From Candidatus Saccharibacteria bacterium UBA6824 (GTDB taxonomy: Bacteria; Patescibacteriota; Saccharimonadia; Saccharimonadales; UBA10212), in the NCBI GenBank assembly GCA_002452155.1, contig DKEK01000006.1:22532-86531 (forward strand): a DNA stretch of 64,000 nt. The letters run 5' to 3'. Position numbers and translations under genes: made by a program. Under the pieces are notes generated by a model. It was not told the origin of the DNA. It did no database searches and was given only the letters and a program-made list of their open reading frames with translations. Shown one piece after another: positions 62,445 to 64,000 of this stretch. How positions within the stretch are numbered: the stretch's first letter is position 1; every line of letters begins with the position of its first letter.

Positions 62445-62996
62445 TTACGGTGAGGGCTGATTGGTGGAACTCAAGGGGGTCATTTCTACTATTTTATTTA
62501 GGCTAGGACGATACAAAATAGCTTTTTTAGCTTTTTCATAGACCAACACTTTGTCGCCGTTAGCGGCGTTGGCAAAGAATGACTGACCTTTTAGTTTGGA
62601 TAAATCTGTAACTGTAGCCAGTGTTGGCTTTTCGTCATTTGGCAAGACAACTAGTTTGCCCACTTGCCCTACTACTTCTTTTACCGCCTCTTCGAGGCTT
62701 GTTGGGCCTTGTAATTTTTGTTGTAAATCGTTAAGCTTTTTTTCGGTATTTTTGTTTTGAGCGTAAAAATAAACCGTCGGAATAATCGCAATTATTAATA
62801 CGAGGCCTACGTAAAGCCACTTTTTATTGGCCGGCAAGCGTAGTCTTAAAGTCCGAATTGTCGGTGATTGAGCAACTTGTGTACTCGGCCATGACCCCTG
62901 TTGTATCTGCTCAATTTTACGTGGACGACCACGGCCGCGCTTAGCTGGCTGCGTAGTTTCGGTCAATAAATTATTTCTTTTTTTAAATAATGCCAT
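62445..62996 (-). CDS. membrane-anchored protein, tandem paralog 2
   Basis: 183 aa with a basic N-terminus and one TM segment. It has the same C-terminal domain as 61950-62426. Confidence 0.6.
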   Translation of the reverse strand: MALFKKRNNLLTETTQPAKRGRGRPRKIEQIQQGSWPSTQVAQSPTIRTLRLRLPANKKWLYVGLVLIIAIIPTVYFYAQNKNTEKKLNDLQQKLQGPTSLEEAVKEVVGQVGKLVVLPNDEKPTLATVTDLSKLKGQSFFANAANGDKVLVYEKAKKAILYRPSLNKIVEMTPLSSTNQPSP

Positions 62997-63173
62997 TTTT
63001 GAATTAATTACCTAAGTTGTCTTTGCCATTAGCGATATTTTACCAATTAAACTGTCTCTTCGCCATTCGTAAAACCTTCTCGCTTAATGAACTTACGGTT
63101 AATTGTATTGGTGCCGATGTCATATTGCAAGATTAATTTTAGAACTGGCGCACTATAATTTATAATGACCTGG

Positions 63174-64000
63174 ATGAATAAGGTTAAGTTTTTCCGTGCT
63201 CACAGAATTCTAGTTTCTATTGTAATAGTTGCCTTACTGGCCATCATTTTTTGGTTGGTTTACGCTATGACGATCGCCACCGAAACCTCCAACTCGAAAA
63301 AATGGGTTGCTGAACATCCTTTGTTGAGTAAAAGGCTCTCAATTGAAGCTCAAAATGATATATTGATTAATTTCGCCCCTTTACGCGAAGCACTGCAACT
63401 ATACTTCTCGAGGATTGACGCTAAATACAGTTTCTATTTTGAATATCTGCCTACAGGTACTTCCATACAGATAGGTGATAATACCGAACTGGTTAGTGCC
63501 TCGCTCCTTAAACTGCCTTTAGTTATGGATTTGTATAAAACTGTTGAGCTTGGAACTACTAGTCTTGATAAAGAGGTTACTATTGCCCAAAAAGACGTAG
63601 ACCCCCTTTATGGTTCTCTTTGGGAGAAAGGGGCAGGAGCAAAATTATCCTTGAAGGAGGCGGTCCGTCTTACCCTGGTAGACTCCGATAATACGGCCGC
63701 AAACCTACTGACCGATGAAGTTGTACCTAGACTCCCTCCTCAACAGGGTTCTTTCAGCCAGTTGGATATCCCTACTGATAAAAACAACATGTCAATATCA
63801 GTTATTACTGCTAAAGCCTACAGCTCAACCCTAAAGTGCTTATACCTATCCTGTTTCCTCAAACCAGAAGATTCTCAGCAGATTCTAGGTCTCTTGGCCC
63901 TGAGCGATAATCCCCGCATCAAAGCCGGAGTGCCTTCCTACATAACCGTTGCGGACAAAATTGGTACTTTCAGCACTAAAGTTCAGAGCGACTGCGGTAT
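63174..64000 (+). CDS. class A beta-lactamase-like serine hydrolase (3'-truncated by the window edge)
   Basis: Hand-translated, open to the window end. N-terminal TM anchor, SxxK (SASLLK), SDN (DSDNTAANLL) and a KIG (KTG-like) motif. Confidence 0.65.
   Translation, partial: MNKVKFFRAHRILVSIVIVALLAIIFWLVYAMTIATETSNSKKWVAEHPLLSKRLSIEAQNDILINFAPLREALQLYFSRIDAKYSFYFEYLPTGTSIQIGDNTELVSASLLKLPLVMDLYKTVELGTTSLDKEVTIAQKDVDPLYGSLWEKGAGAKLSLKEAVRLTLVDSDNTAANLLTDEVVPRLPPQQGSFSQLDIPTDKNNMSISVITAKAYSSTLKCLYLSCFLKPEDSQQILGLLALSDNPRIKAGVPSYITVADKIGTFSTKVQSDCG

Noticed and set aside
1-64000. tRNA and rRNA genes
   Set aside because: No intergenic segment contains the GTTCGAATC-type T-arm motif or a cloverleaf-sized structure, and no rRNA-like sequence was recognised.

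Overview
This 64-kb window is a compact bacterial chromosome segment, coded mostly on the minus strand. The housekeeping backbone includes secA, serS, a class I lysyl-tRNA synthetase, greA, proS, rseP, frr, tsf, rpsB, rpmE, prfA, prmC, htrA, an LCP protein, lepB, parB-parA, rplU, ileS, nrdJ-nrdR, ftsZ-ftsA, map, adk, rpsU, priA, def-fmt, infB and rpsA. The gene content, the class I LysRS, the short genes and the many leaderless starts (TGnTAnAAT, then 6-7 nt, then ATG) fit a reduced-genome Patescibacteria/CPR organism, possibly Saccharibacteria-like; this is inference only. No rRNA, tRNA or CRISPR array was seen. Accessory DNA sits between the housekeeping genes. (1) A 1554-bp element has 26-bp terminal inverted repeats and a perfect 9-bp target-site duplication. 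It has no transposase and carries an overlapping GHKL-ATPase + STAS (DUF4325-like) gene pair with twin palindromic operators. (2) Three paralogous tailspike-like beta-helix genes share a promoter, a long GA-rich leader and the first ~45 codons, but have unrelated bodies. Each lies directly downstream of a housekeeping gene (frr, htrA, nrdJ). (3) The third beta-helix cassette, together with a RAYT/IS200-like Y1 transposase gene flanked by perfect 22-bp hairpin-forming inverted repeats, lies between two copies of the nrdJ 3' end. The two copies differ only at synonymous positions. (4) A 1141-aa membrane-anchored fibre protein has collagen-like Gly-X-Y repeats, a 522-bp internal duplication and a phage tail-collar domain. 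(5) Two small GC-rich membrane-protein units each have their own consensus promoter and terminator. I rate (1) and (2)-(3) as the best candidates for undescribed biology.
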